The notes beneath the pieces were generated by a model. That model saw nothing but the letters and a program-made list of their open reading frames with translations, was not told the DNA's origin and searched no databases. The position numbers and the translations under genes are program-made. DNA of 64,000 nt from an uncultured Bacteroidota bacterium. GTDB taxonomy: Bacteria > Bacteroidota > Bacteroidia > Bacteroidales > VadinHA17. The stretch lies in assembly GCA_937864815.1 (NCBI GenBank), contig CALMJY010000173.1:687-64686 (forward strand), written 5' to 3'. Below, piece after piece: positions 56,264 through 64,000 of the stretch; within the stretch, counting starts at the first letter, position 1; each line of letters opens with the position of its first letter.

Positions 56264-57310
56264 TCAGTTTACCGCACCTGATAATTGATTGAAGGCATCG
56301 CTCTCAATGCTCTGGATCTCACTGAAATTAACACTTGCACGGTGAATCTTCTCTTTGAGATCATCAGCTGTTTCCGCATCTGCAAACAATTGTCCTATTG
56401 TAGAAAATAAGTCGCCTGATTTCCTGAATTTTTCTGACGGCCCGAGTAACTTTTCATTCCCGGTGAGTTTTGCTGATTCAGCAAGAAACCTTGAATACAT
56501 ATATCGGAAACAGCCTCCTCCGGTTCCTCCGACCTCAATATAGATGTACAGGCTGAATAGGTTCATTCTCAACTCATGGTCGCTGAATAACTCAGGCCAC
56601 TTCATCAGTTCCTTCGAGGCATGTGCTATTCCCCTGATTCCGATATTTCTTATGGGTGGATTCATTTGTGAATCTATAGTCTGCTTCATTGCAGAATATA
56701 TATCCTCAGCTCCCGGCTGGTGAAAACCGCTGAAATCAAACTCTAAATATGTATTGCCAGGTGGGAAGGGTTTGAACTTAGAACCTCTGGCTTTGCTTAA
56801 TTGTTCAAGAGTGATCGCATGATAGAATCCTTTTTTGAGGCCGGCAGCCCGGGCGTCTATATCAGAGCAGAGTACACTATTTATTCCATCAAATCCGCAG
56901 ACAATAAAAGTATGTCCTCCGAAATGATACTCCTCCGGAAACTCAAACCATGGCAGAAAACCCATATCCCCGAAAAGCATCACAGGCTCTTCTTTAAGCA
57001 GCTTGGCGATCAGGGATTCTTGTGCTTTTTTTAAGCTTCCGGTTGAAATGGCCCTTATCTTTACTCCTGTCCTCTGACCGATATCATTAAAGAAGCCTTT
57101 ATTATTACCCCTTCCCCCGATAAAAATACTGTCTTCTGTTCCCATTTTCATCTTCCAGTAGATGAATCCCATTCCTGAACCAAGACCCAGAAGCATATCT
57201 TCTGTCAGGGGACTATTATGAAAGTGAAATATCTTTGCCAGTGAGTTGGTCTGGCAGTGATAGCCGTCAAGCGCAGGACAGCCGGGAAATGGATTAATTT
57301 CCTTATTCAT
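56264..57310 (-). CDS. BtrH-N-like / DUF4872-type protein
   Basis: The N-terminus ..LDGYHCQTNSLAKIFHF..GLGSGMGFIYW and the size resemble BtrH N-terminal domain proteins. This assignment is from memory. Confidence 0.55.
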   Translation of the reverse strand: MNKEINPFPGCPALDGYHCQTNSLAKIFHFHNSPLTEDMLLGLGSGMGFIYWKMKMGTEDSIFIGGRGNNKGFFNDIGQRTGVKIRAISTGSLKKAQESLIAKLLKEEPVMLFGDMGFLPWFEFPEEYHFGGHTFIVCGFDGINSVLCSDIDARAAGLKKGFYHAITLEQLSKARGSKFKPFPPGNTYLEFDFSGFHQPGAEDIYSAMKQTIDSQMNPPIRNIGIRGIAHASKELMKWPELFSDHELRMNLFSLYIYIEVGGTGGGCFRYMYSRFLAESAKLTGNEKLLGPSEKFRKSGDLFSTIGQLFADAETADDLKEKIHRASVNFSEIQSIESDAFNQLSGAVN

Positions 57311-57318
57311 AATTCTTT

Positions 57319-57858
57319 TTAATTAATTCCATCCTTCAGAGTACTTATAAAACTTTCAAATTGAACTTCTATCTCACCCTTAAAATTATCATCATTCAGG
57401 TGTGTTTTCATAAAAGCTTCCGTATCTTCTTTCTGATCATCAGGCAGGACAAGAACAATCGGAAAAGCCTGGCATAAAGTGCACTTGCCTTTTAACATCC
57501 CTTCCACCTCCTTAAAAACTAATCCATGTCCGAATTTTTCATCTTTCTTTTCATATGTACTGCCGCAACAGGTCACAAAAACCAGCTGGTTTATTTCTTG
57601 TATATACTTACTTACAAAACTTCGCAACGGAGGAATAAACCTGCCCATCCATATCGGTCCGCATAGGATAATCCTTTCATATTCCTTGATCCTGTGCTTC
57701 AGCGGCCGAATACCCAAATGTATCTTCAATAAGAACAAAAGGAAGAGGTTCAGCCTTGGTCTTATTTTTTCAATATCACAGAACAGGCTTCCTGCAATTT
57801 TCCGGGCAAGATATTGGTTACTGCCTTTTCTGGAATAATAAACCACGATCGTTTTCAT
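57319..57858 (-). CDS. Flavodoxin-like fold protein
   Basis: It starts MKTIVVYYSRKGSNQYLARKIA. Confidence 0.5.
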   Translation of the reverse strand: MKTIVVYYSRKGSNQYLARKIAGSLFCDIEKIRPRLNLFLLFLLKIHLGIRPLKHRIKEYERIILCGPIWMGRFIPPLRSFVSKYIQEINQLVFVTCCGSTYEKKDEKFGHGLVFKEVEGMLKGKCTLCQAFPIVLVLPDDQKEDTEAFMKTHLNDDNFKGEIEVQFESFISTLKDGIN

Positions 57859-57962
57859 ATCATTAAATTATCTTTATCAGGAATTCTGTTCCCGGACAAA
57901 AATGTATTGTCAACAGATTTTGTTTTTCAGATGCTTATAACGAATGTAAGAAATAATCAATT

Positions 57963-58613
57963 TTACATAAACTTGACTATTATTGCTTTAATTACTTTCG
58001 TAACCAGACTGGTCTGATGAATACAATTCATAAACATCTCCATAATCTTCTTTACCTTTGTTAATGAAGCCATTTCTTCATTATTAACTATAAGGTCAAG
58101 TATACCGGAATAGAATATTTCATTTGCCTTTTTTTCATAGTTGCTTAGATTGTCACAACACGAGGTTATTTCCCTTTTGTTACTACCGGTATTACGGAAA
58201 TATCTGCAACAGACAGTTAATTCTTTCGAGGCCTGGGTTATGATACCGGCTAGTTCGTTAAAAATAAGATATTTTACTTCAATTCTGCTCGAATACAACA
58301 TCCTGCCAATATTGTTAATAGATTCCAGCAAATCATTAATCTGATTGACAAGTTCATTTATGTCTTCCTTGTCAAATGGAACAATAATCAGCGACCTTAA
58401 CAAAGAATAAGTATCACCTGTCAGGGAATCTGATAATGTCTGAAGTTCATTCAGCCTGAGAATTATTTCTGATTGTTTCTGCCGATCATCTGTTTGTATT
58501 AAAATCTCAAGTTGTTCAGCGGCTAAAACGAGATTTTCAGCATTGTTTTCAATAGAAGGAACCAATGAATGGTATTTCGGAGCAAATACATCAACCAAGC
58601 GCATTCTGTTCAT
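57963..58613 (-). CDS. DUF47/PhoU-like helical protein
   Basis: It is 216 aa and all-helical, with an N-terminus ..DVFAPKYHSLVPSIENNAENLVLAAEQL.. resembling the DUF47 family. Confidence 0.45.
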   Translation of the reverse strand: MNRMRLVDVFAPKYHSLVPSIENNAENLVLAAEQLEILIQTDDRQKQSEIILRLNELQTLSDSLTGDTYSLLRSLIIVPFDKEDINELVNQINDLLESINNIGRMLYSSRIEVKYLIFNELAGIITQASKELTVCCRYFRNTGSNKREITSCCDNLSNYEKKANEIFYSGILDLIVNNEEMASLTKVKKIMEMFMNCIHQTSLVTKVIKAIIVKFM

Positions 58614-58944
58614 ATAATTATAATTTAGTAAACTAAGTATCTTCCTGCTGAGACGGCCCTGTCTTTCAGGAAAATAAAGCTAAATTATTTTACTGGAATC
58701 TCTGTGTGCAAATTGTAAAGATTCTGTTACATTACCTGTTTCATTTTTCCCCCTGCCTGAATTCTTTTATTTTCAATTCTTTCTGGATTTCGATGGAAAA
58801 TTTCCTGAAAAGAATCATGAAAGCAAATGTTCTATGTACTCATCTGCAGGAGCAGTATATGGTCATGGAACTCCACTGTAGGAAATAATAATCAATACTC
58901 TGCCTGCAGCTTTTATCCATCGGGAGAGCTGAAATAGCATGTAA

Positions 58945-59005
58945 GTGAGAGTGTGAGCCAGCCAACGCTGAAGCTTCACCGTTGGTGGAAGACCCACACT
59001 CTCAC
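58945..59005 (-). terminator. Long stem-loop after the oxidoreductase gene (putative terminator)
   Basis: GTGAGAGTGTG (58945-58955) pairs with CACACTCTCAC (58995-59005), with an inner CCAACG/CGTTGG helix. It lies 17 nt downstream of the stop codon at 59022. Confidence 0.5.
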
Positions 59006-59021
59006 TCGCACTTTAACAAAG

Positions 59022-60611
59022 TTACAGTTCCCAGCCCTTTCTGTATTCGCGGGTAAGCAACTTGTTTGCTTCGGGATTATTTGTTATTTGCCGTGTAACT
59101 CTGTCAAACTCAATTCTGGTGCCGGCCCTGACAGCCACAATTCCAAGGTTTATCATCGTGGAAAGGGCTTCTGCGGAGGCGAAGTTGGCCGGTGTGTTTT
59201 TCGATCCGCCCCTGCATGCTGCTATCCACTCCTCAAATTTTGGAGGGAGCTGACCGATCCTCGGACCTGCCTGGGCTGCCTGACCGGCAGCTGGTGGTGG
59301 TCCCTGGGGTGCACCTCTCTGGCGTTCTACTGGAGGCGTGTATTTGTCCCCCATATAGGTTTTCATTTTGCTTTCAGGCAATAATCTTCCGTCGAGAATC
59401 TTGCCTTTGTCACCAATATACAGGATCCCTGTGTTGCCCATCAGTTTTTTATCTTCCTCCAGCTCAGGAATTGCAGGGGGCCTCATTCCGCCATCATGCC
59501 AGTATACATCAATCGGTCCCCGGGATCCTTTAGCATTATAATGCACACGTATCGATTCTGCAAGAGGAAATGAAAAGTCATTTCTGATAGCACCTGTTGC
59601 GAAATTCAAAGTCCTGCATGCCTTGCTGCCAAAGCCATCAGCCCAGGCCGGAACATCAAGGTCCCAGGCATCGCAGACAGTCCACATAGTGTAATGACCC
59701 ATATCAGCAAACGATCCGCCGCCGAAATCATACCATCCTCTGAAAAGTGTGTGGGTATAGTCAGGGCTGTACGGGCGGTCGGGAACCGGACCCAGCCACA
59801 TCTGCCAGTCGAATCCTTCAGGAACAGGAGGCAGATTCACCGGCATTTCAGTGTTTTGTGTCCACATTGGCCTGGCTGACCATTCGTGGACTTCCTTTAA
59901 TGTACCTATAGTCCCGTCTGCGACCATTTTTTTGATTTCCTCGCTGGATCTGTAACTGTTATAGGGCATGAAGTAAGTTGCGACTCCTGTTTCCTTTGCA
60001 GTTTTGATAACAAGGTCCGATTCGTACAACCTGTTTGCCAGAGGCTTATGGACAATAACATGTTTGCCTTTTTTCATTGCCGCGATGGCAATTGCAGCAT
60101 GAAGGTGATCGGGTGTCATGATCTTCACTGCGTCAATTTCCTCTTTTTCGAGCAATTCCCTGAAGTCGTTGTAAGCATTGACTGCTTTAAACTTATCGTT
60201 GGCCCTCTGGTTCGCATAGAAAGTTTCAATTACCTCTTTCATCACCATGCGGCCGCCCGGAACATATTTAATTCCTTCTCTCCAGGTGGGATTACTCAGA
60301 TAGTTTCTGATAGTATTCAGCGTTCCTGTCGGAACATTTGTGCCGTTTCCAAAGTTCAGATAGTTTCTCCCGTCTGTTTCAGGGTCACAGACTGCTGCTA
60401 TCTGAAGATCTGGACAATTCATGAACGGACCAAGCTCAGCGAATCCCTGCATGCCGCATCCGATATGTGCCATTCTGATCTTATCACCGGGAGCGACAGA
60501 TCCGAATTGCTTCCCCAATACATTCTTAGGGACAAATGTGAAAGCTGCAGCTGTTGCAGCAGTGCCCAGGAATTTTCGTCTGGACACCATTCGTTTGTTT
60601 TGCTCTTTCAT
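59022..60611 (-). CDS. Gfo/Idh/MocA-family oxidoreductase with a Tat signal
   Basis: It has a twin-arginine signal SRRKFLGTAATAAAF and a Rossmann region IGCGMQG. Confidence 0.85.
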   Translation of the reverse strand: MKEQNKRMVSRRKFLGTAATAAAFTFVPKNVLGKQFGSVAPGDKIRMAHIGCGMQGFAELGPFMNCPDLQIAAVCDPETDGRNYLNFGNGTNVPTGTLNTIRNYLSNPTWREGIKYVPGGRMVMKEVIETFYANQRANDKFKAVNAYNDFRELLEKEEIDAVKIMTPDHLHAAIAIAAMKKGKHVIVHKPLANRLYESDLVIKTAKETGVATYFMPYNSYRSSEEIKKMVADGTIGTLKEVHEWSARPMWTQNTEMPVNLPPVPEGFDWQMWLGPVPDRPYSPDYTHTLFRGWYDFGGGSFADMGHYTMWTVCDAWDLDVPAWADGFGSKACRTLNFATGAIRNDFSFPLAESIRVHYNAKGSRGPIDVYWHDGGMRPPAIPELEEDKKLMGNTGILYIGDKGKILDGRLLPESKMKTYMGDKYTPPVERQRGAPQGPPPAAGQAAQAGPRIGQLPPKFEEWIAACRGGSKNTPANFASAEALSTMINLGIVAVRAGTRIEFDRVTRQITNNPEANKLLTREYRKGWEL

Positions 60612-60716
60612 AGGTTAGTGTCTCCTCTCAGATCTCAGGTATTTGATTATTAATAAGATGAACATAAACTTATGGACTTTAAAGCGATCCCTGTGAATGT
60701 ACAGGAAGCTATTAAA

Positions 60717-61169
60717 TCATTTTTTCCAGAGATTCTCCCCGTATTCCCAGCCTTTACGGGCAGGTTCCTTAATATAGGCATCCAATTCGGTATGATTCCT
60801 GACTTTCATATTTGCAGCATCATATTCAATGCGGGTATCGAATCGCTGTGCCAGAACACCAACGAGAGCCATCTCCACCAAACCTGCAGAATAATCAAAA
60901 TTTGAACCCGGCATAGTATTGTTCTTGATGGCTTCAACCCATTCGCGCTGTGGATTCTCTTCAAAGACCCTGGGGATTGTCTGAGCCGGCAGGGTTTTCT
61001 GAAATTCGGTCCATTCTTTACCGGGCAGTAAAATCTGGGGATTATTCGGACGGCCGCCTGTCATCAGACAATGCTTATCACCAACCATGATCATCCCGCT
61101 TCCCGGTAATTCTTTAAGGTTCCATTCCGGACGATTATCGGGTTTTAATCCGCCTTCGTACCAGCGCAT
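60717..61169 (-). pseudogene. C-terminal fragment of a paralogous Gfo/Idh/MocA oxidoreductase
   Basis: MRWYEGGLKPDNRPEW.. aligns with ~residue 370 onward (VYWHDGGMRPP..) of 59022..60611. The N-terminal ~350 aa are absent, and the frame is closed by a stop ~35 nt upstream. Confidence 0.65.
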
Positions 61170-61306
61170 GGTAACATAATAACTGCTAATTTTACTGAAA
61201 CTGATTAGTTACAAAAAATTCATTCATGTTTTGTAATTTTCCATAATTTTTACTACTTTTAAGTTCTCTCATTAATAATGTGCAATACAACTAAAAATCA
61301 GAACAG

Positions 61307-62632
61307 ATGAAAATTGCAATTGTAGGAAGCGGATATGTCGGTCTTGTTACCGGAACATGTTTTTCCGAAGTAGGTATTGATGTGGTTTGTGTAGACGTTA
61401 ATAAAGAAAAAATTGATAACCTTAAAAACGGTATCATTCCGATTTTTGAACCGGGCCTCGACGATATGGTTCACCGGAATGTTAAAAAAGGTCGTCTGAG
61501 TTTTACAACCAGCATTACTGAAGCTCTGGTAGATGCTGAGGTTCTGTTCATCGCAGTCGGAACACCACCTGATGAAGACGGAAGTGCTGATCTTAAATAT
61601 GTTCTGTCTGTGGCCCGTGACTGCGGAAGGAATATGAATGACTATCTTCTCATTGTAACTAAGAGTACAGTTCCGGTAGGTACAGCAACACAAGTCCGGG
61701 ATGCTGTTCAGGATGAACTGAACAAAAGAGGAGTCTCAATAGAATTTGATGTTGCCTCTAATCCTGAGTTTCTGAAAGAAGGTGCTGCTATTGATGACTT
61801 TCTTAAACCGGACCGCATAGTAATCGGCCTCAACAGTACCCGTGCGGAAGAGATTATGAAAAGTCTTTATAAACCTTTCACTCTTAACGGACATCCGGTC
61901 ATATTCATGGATATAACATCAGCAGAAATGACAAAGTATGCTGCTAATTCCATGCTGGCAACAAAGATAAGTTTCATGAATGATATGGCTAACCTCTGTG
62001 AGATTGTTGGCGCAGATATTAATATGGTAAGGAAGGGTATAGGATCCGATTCGAGGATAGGGACCAAATTCATTTACCCCGGTATCGGATACGGAGGCTC
62101 ATGTTTCCCAAAAGATGTCCAGGCTCTCGTAAAAACAGCAGGCGAATATAGGTACAATCTGAGGGTGCTTAAAGCAGTTGAAGCAGTAAACAAAGACCAG
62201 AAGCTGGTCCTTTTCAACAAAATGCTCAGACACTTTAACAATGACCTCAAGGGAAAAACAGTTGCAGTATGGGGACTTTCTTTCAAGCCACAAACAGATG
62301 ATATGCGCGAAGCTCCCTCGCTGGTGATCATCAATGAATTACTTGAGGCCGGAGCAAAAGTAAAGGCTTACGATCCTGTTGCAATGAAAGAAGCAAAACA
62401 TCATTTTGGAGATATAATAGCATATTATGAGGATCAGTATGAGGCACTGATTGATGCCGATTGTCTGGCTCTTTTAACCGAATGGCCGGAATTCAAATTC
62501 CCTAAATTTCCTGTCATAAAGAAACTCATGATAAATCCTGTTGTATTCGATGGCCGCAATATCTATGACAAGGCTGAAATGAAACGGAATGGTTTTGCAT
62601 ATTACTGCATCGGAATTGATACGACGAAATAG
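61307..62632 (+). CDS. ugd: UDP-glucose 6-dehydrogenase
   Basis: It has [16 protein letters not shown] and the catalytic [10 protein letters not shown]. Confidence 0.93.
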   Translation: MKIAIVGSGYVGLVTGTCFSEVGIDVVCVDVNKEKIDNLKNGIIPIFEPGLDDMVHRNVKKGRLSFTTSITEALVDAEVLFIAVGTPPDEDGSADLKYVLSVARDCGRNMNDYLLIVTKSTVPVGTATQVRDAVQDELNKRGVSIEFDVASNPEFLKEGAAIDDFLKPDRIVIGLNSTRAEEIMKSLYKPFTLNGHPVIFMDITSAEMTKYAANSMLATKISFMNDMANLCEIVGADINMVRKGIGSDSRIGTKFIYPGIGYGGSCFPKDVQALVKTAGEYRYNLRVLKAVEAVNKDQKLVLFNKMLRHFNNDLKGKTVAVWGLSFKPQTDDMREAPSLVIINELLEAGAKVKAYDPVAMKEAKHHFGDIIAYYEDQYEALIDADCLALLTEWPEFKFPKFPVIKKLMINPVVFDGRNIYDKAEMKRNGFAYYCIGIDTTK

Positions 62633-62747
62633 AAGAGAGCGGAGAGCATAAAGCGTAGAGTCAGGTTGATGGAGATGCTTCTGTCCTTGCTTTGCGTTTT
62701 TACCGTCTGTTTAAATATAATGTAACAGGAAACTAACAATAATAAAT

Positions 62748-63686
62748 ATGATCAGGAAAAAGGTATTGGTAACTGGAGGTGCCGGTTTTGTAGGGTCACA
62801 TCTTTGCGACCGCCTTTTGAAAGAGGGAAATGAGGTGGTTTGTCTCGACAATTACTTCACCGGCCAGAAGCAGAATATAGTTCACCTGCTGAATAACCCG
62901 TATTTTGAATTGATAAGGCATGATGTTACAATGCCTTTTTTCATTGAAGTTGATGAAATTTATAACCTTGCATGTCCGGCATCACCTGTTCACTACCAGT
63001 ATAATGCAATAAAAACCATAAAGACATCTGTGATGGGTGCCGTCAACATGCTCGGACTGGCTAAACGGATAAGGGCCAGGATCCTTCAGGCCTCTACAAG
63101 TGAAGTATATGGTGACCCTCAGGTTCATCCCCAGGTTGAGACTTACTGGGGGCATGTAAATCCGATTGGTGACAGGGCATGTTATGATGAGGGTAAAAGA
63201 GCTGCAGAAACACTGTTTGTGAATTATCATAAACAGAATAATGTAAAGATCAAGATTGTCAGAATATTTAATACATATGGTCCGAGGATGCACCCCAACG
63301 ATGGTAGGGTTGTCTCAAATTTCATTGTTCAGGCTCTTCAGAACAAAGATATTACAGTCTACGGTGATGGTCAGCAGACCAGAAGCTTCCAGTATGTTGA
63401 TGATCTGGTTGAAGGTATGATACGATTGATGGCCAGCCGTGAGGATTTTACAGGTCCGGTCAATATAGGTAATCCTAATGAGTTTACTATTCTTGAACTT
63501 GCCGAGAAAGTAATAAAACTGACAGGTTCAAAATCTAAAATTGTGAGAATGCCTCTACCTGCTAATGATCCTATGCAAAGACGGCCTGATATAACTCTCG
63601 CAAAAAAGGAACTCGATTGGCAACCGGGAATTCAATTAAATGAAGGACTCATGAAGACAATTGATTATTTCAGATCTGTAATTTAA
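62748..63686 (+). CDS. uxs: UDP-glucuronate decarboxylase (UDP-xylose synthase)
   Basis: It has [28 protein letters not shown] and YDEGKRAAE (YxxxK). Confidence 0.9.
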   Translation: MIRKKVLVTGGAGFVGSHLCDRLLKEGNEVVCLDNYFTGQKQNIVHLLNNPYFELIRHDVTMPFFIEVDEIYNLACPASPVHYQYNAIKTIKTSVMGAVNMLGLAKRIRARILQASTSEVYGDPQVHPQVETYWGHVNPIGDRACYDEGKRAAETLFVNYHKQNNVKIKIVRIFNTYGPRMHPNDGRVVSNFIVQALQNKDITVYGDGQQTRSFQYVDDLVEGMIRLMASREDFTGPVNIGNPNEFTILELAEKVIKLTGSKSKIVRMPLPANDPMQRRPDITLAKKELDWQPGIQLNEGLMKTIDYFRSVI

Positions 63687-64000
63687 TCTATTAAAAAATC
63701 ATCCAGTAAATCCCTGTTATTATCCATAATAAACTGCTGCCACCAAAGCGCCAGCACTAACAGGTGAGATAATTGTGCATAAACAGTTTGTTTATGCCAG
63801 AACCAGTCTTTAACATCCAGAGTCGATTGTTCAACCTGTGTGGTAAACCGCTGTAGCTCATTCAAATCAAAGATGCCGGCCGTGGAAAAAGTCCTGGTAA
63901 TGAAGCTATATACCTTTTTACGAAACTCAGCATCATCAAAAAACAGGCTCATCGGAGCAAATCCTCCCTGTTTTTTCCTTTGTGTGATTTCAGCTGGAAG
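63683..64000 (-). CDS. Asparagine synthase-like protein, C-terminal end (partial, runs off the window)
   Basis: The frame is open to position 64000 (..[23 protein letters not shown]..). RKKxGF is typical of AsnB-family C-termini. Confidence 0.5.
   Translation of the reverse strand, partial: LPAEITQRKKQGGFAPMSLFFDDAEFRKKVYSFITRTFSTAGIFDLNELQRFTTQVEQSTLDVKDWFWHKQTVYAQLSHLLVLALWWQQFIMDNNRDLLDDFLID

Noticed and set aside
1-64000. I looked for tRNA, rRNA, tmRNA and RNase P genes in the non-coding gaps.
   Set aside because: I saw no GGTTCGAATCC-type T-arm and no cloverleaf-sized candidates. The recurring AGTCCCGG module superficially resembles the RNase P P4 region, but it is present in several copies and lacks the rest of the conserved core.

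Overview
This is a 64-kb AT-rich bacterial chromosomal segment. GC is roughly 33-45% by eye and locally about 56%. Nearly all genes are on the minus strand. The gene content suggests a Bacteroidota/FCB-group organism: a porV fragment, a BtrH-like protein, a four-helix-bundle 'IVS' protein, IS982/IS4/IS3/IS21 debris, a sigma-54 regulator and about 19 REC domains.

Layout:
(i) 0-7.8 kb is an accessory patch. It holds an HKD nuclease gene split by IS982, a translationally coupled Cys-rich SAM methyltransferase plus DUF1848 (CX3CX2C) pair, a 159-aa unknown gene and an ABC-2 exporter. These are separated by structured repeats: attC-like hairpins with covariation and a dispersed ~100-nt repeat.
(ii) 8-23 kb is a Wsp/Frz-like chemosensory operon (cheY-cheW-cheR(TPR)-cheW-mcp-cheA::REC-cheB). 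It runs on into two hybrid kinases, a REC-coiled-coil protein and a REC-PP2C phosphatase.
(iii) 23-28 kb holds a four-helix-bundle gene bracketed by two different 8-nt microsatellites, with a gene-less 'solo' copy of the same bracket between cheA and cheB. It also holds a NarL-type RR and a multi-PAS kinase that carries a GC-rich PAS cassette bounded by identical 20-mers.
(iv) 29-38 kb holds more two-component genes, one RR split by an IS4-family element, and a MITE.
(v) 38.5-54 kb is a Wzx/Wzy-type exopolysaccharide locus. It includes a second MITE copy, a glycosyltransferase frameshifted in an A10 tract, a PRTase-HAD fusion and a pseudo-receiver-fused priming transferase.
(vi) 54-56 kb is an IS graveyard that truncates porV.
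(vii) 56-64 kb holds oxidoreductases, ugd, UDP-glucuronate decarboxylase and a partial asnB.

I found no rRNA, tRNA or CRISPR. All calls rest on motif reading by eye; no database search was run.
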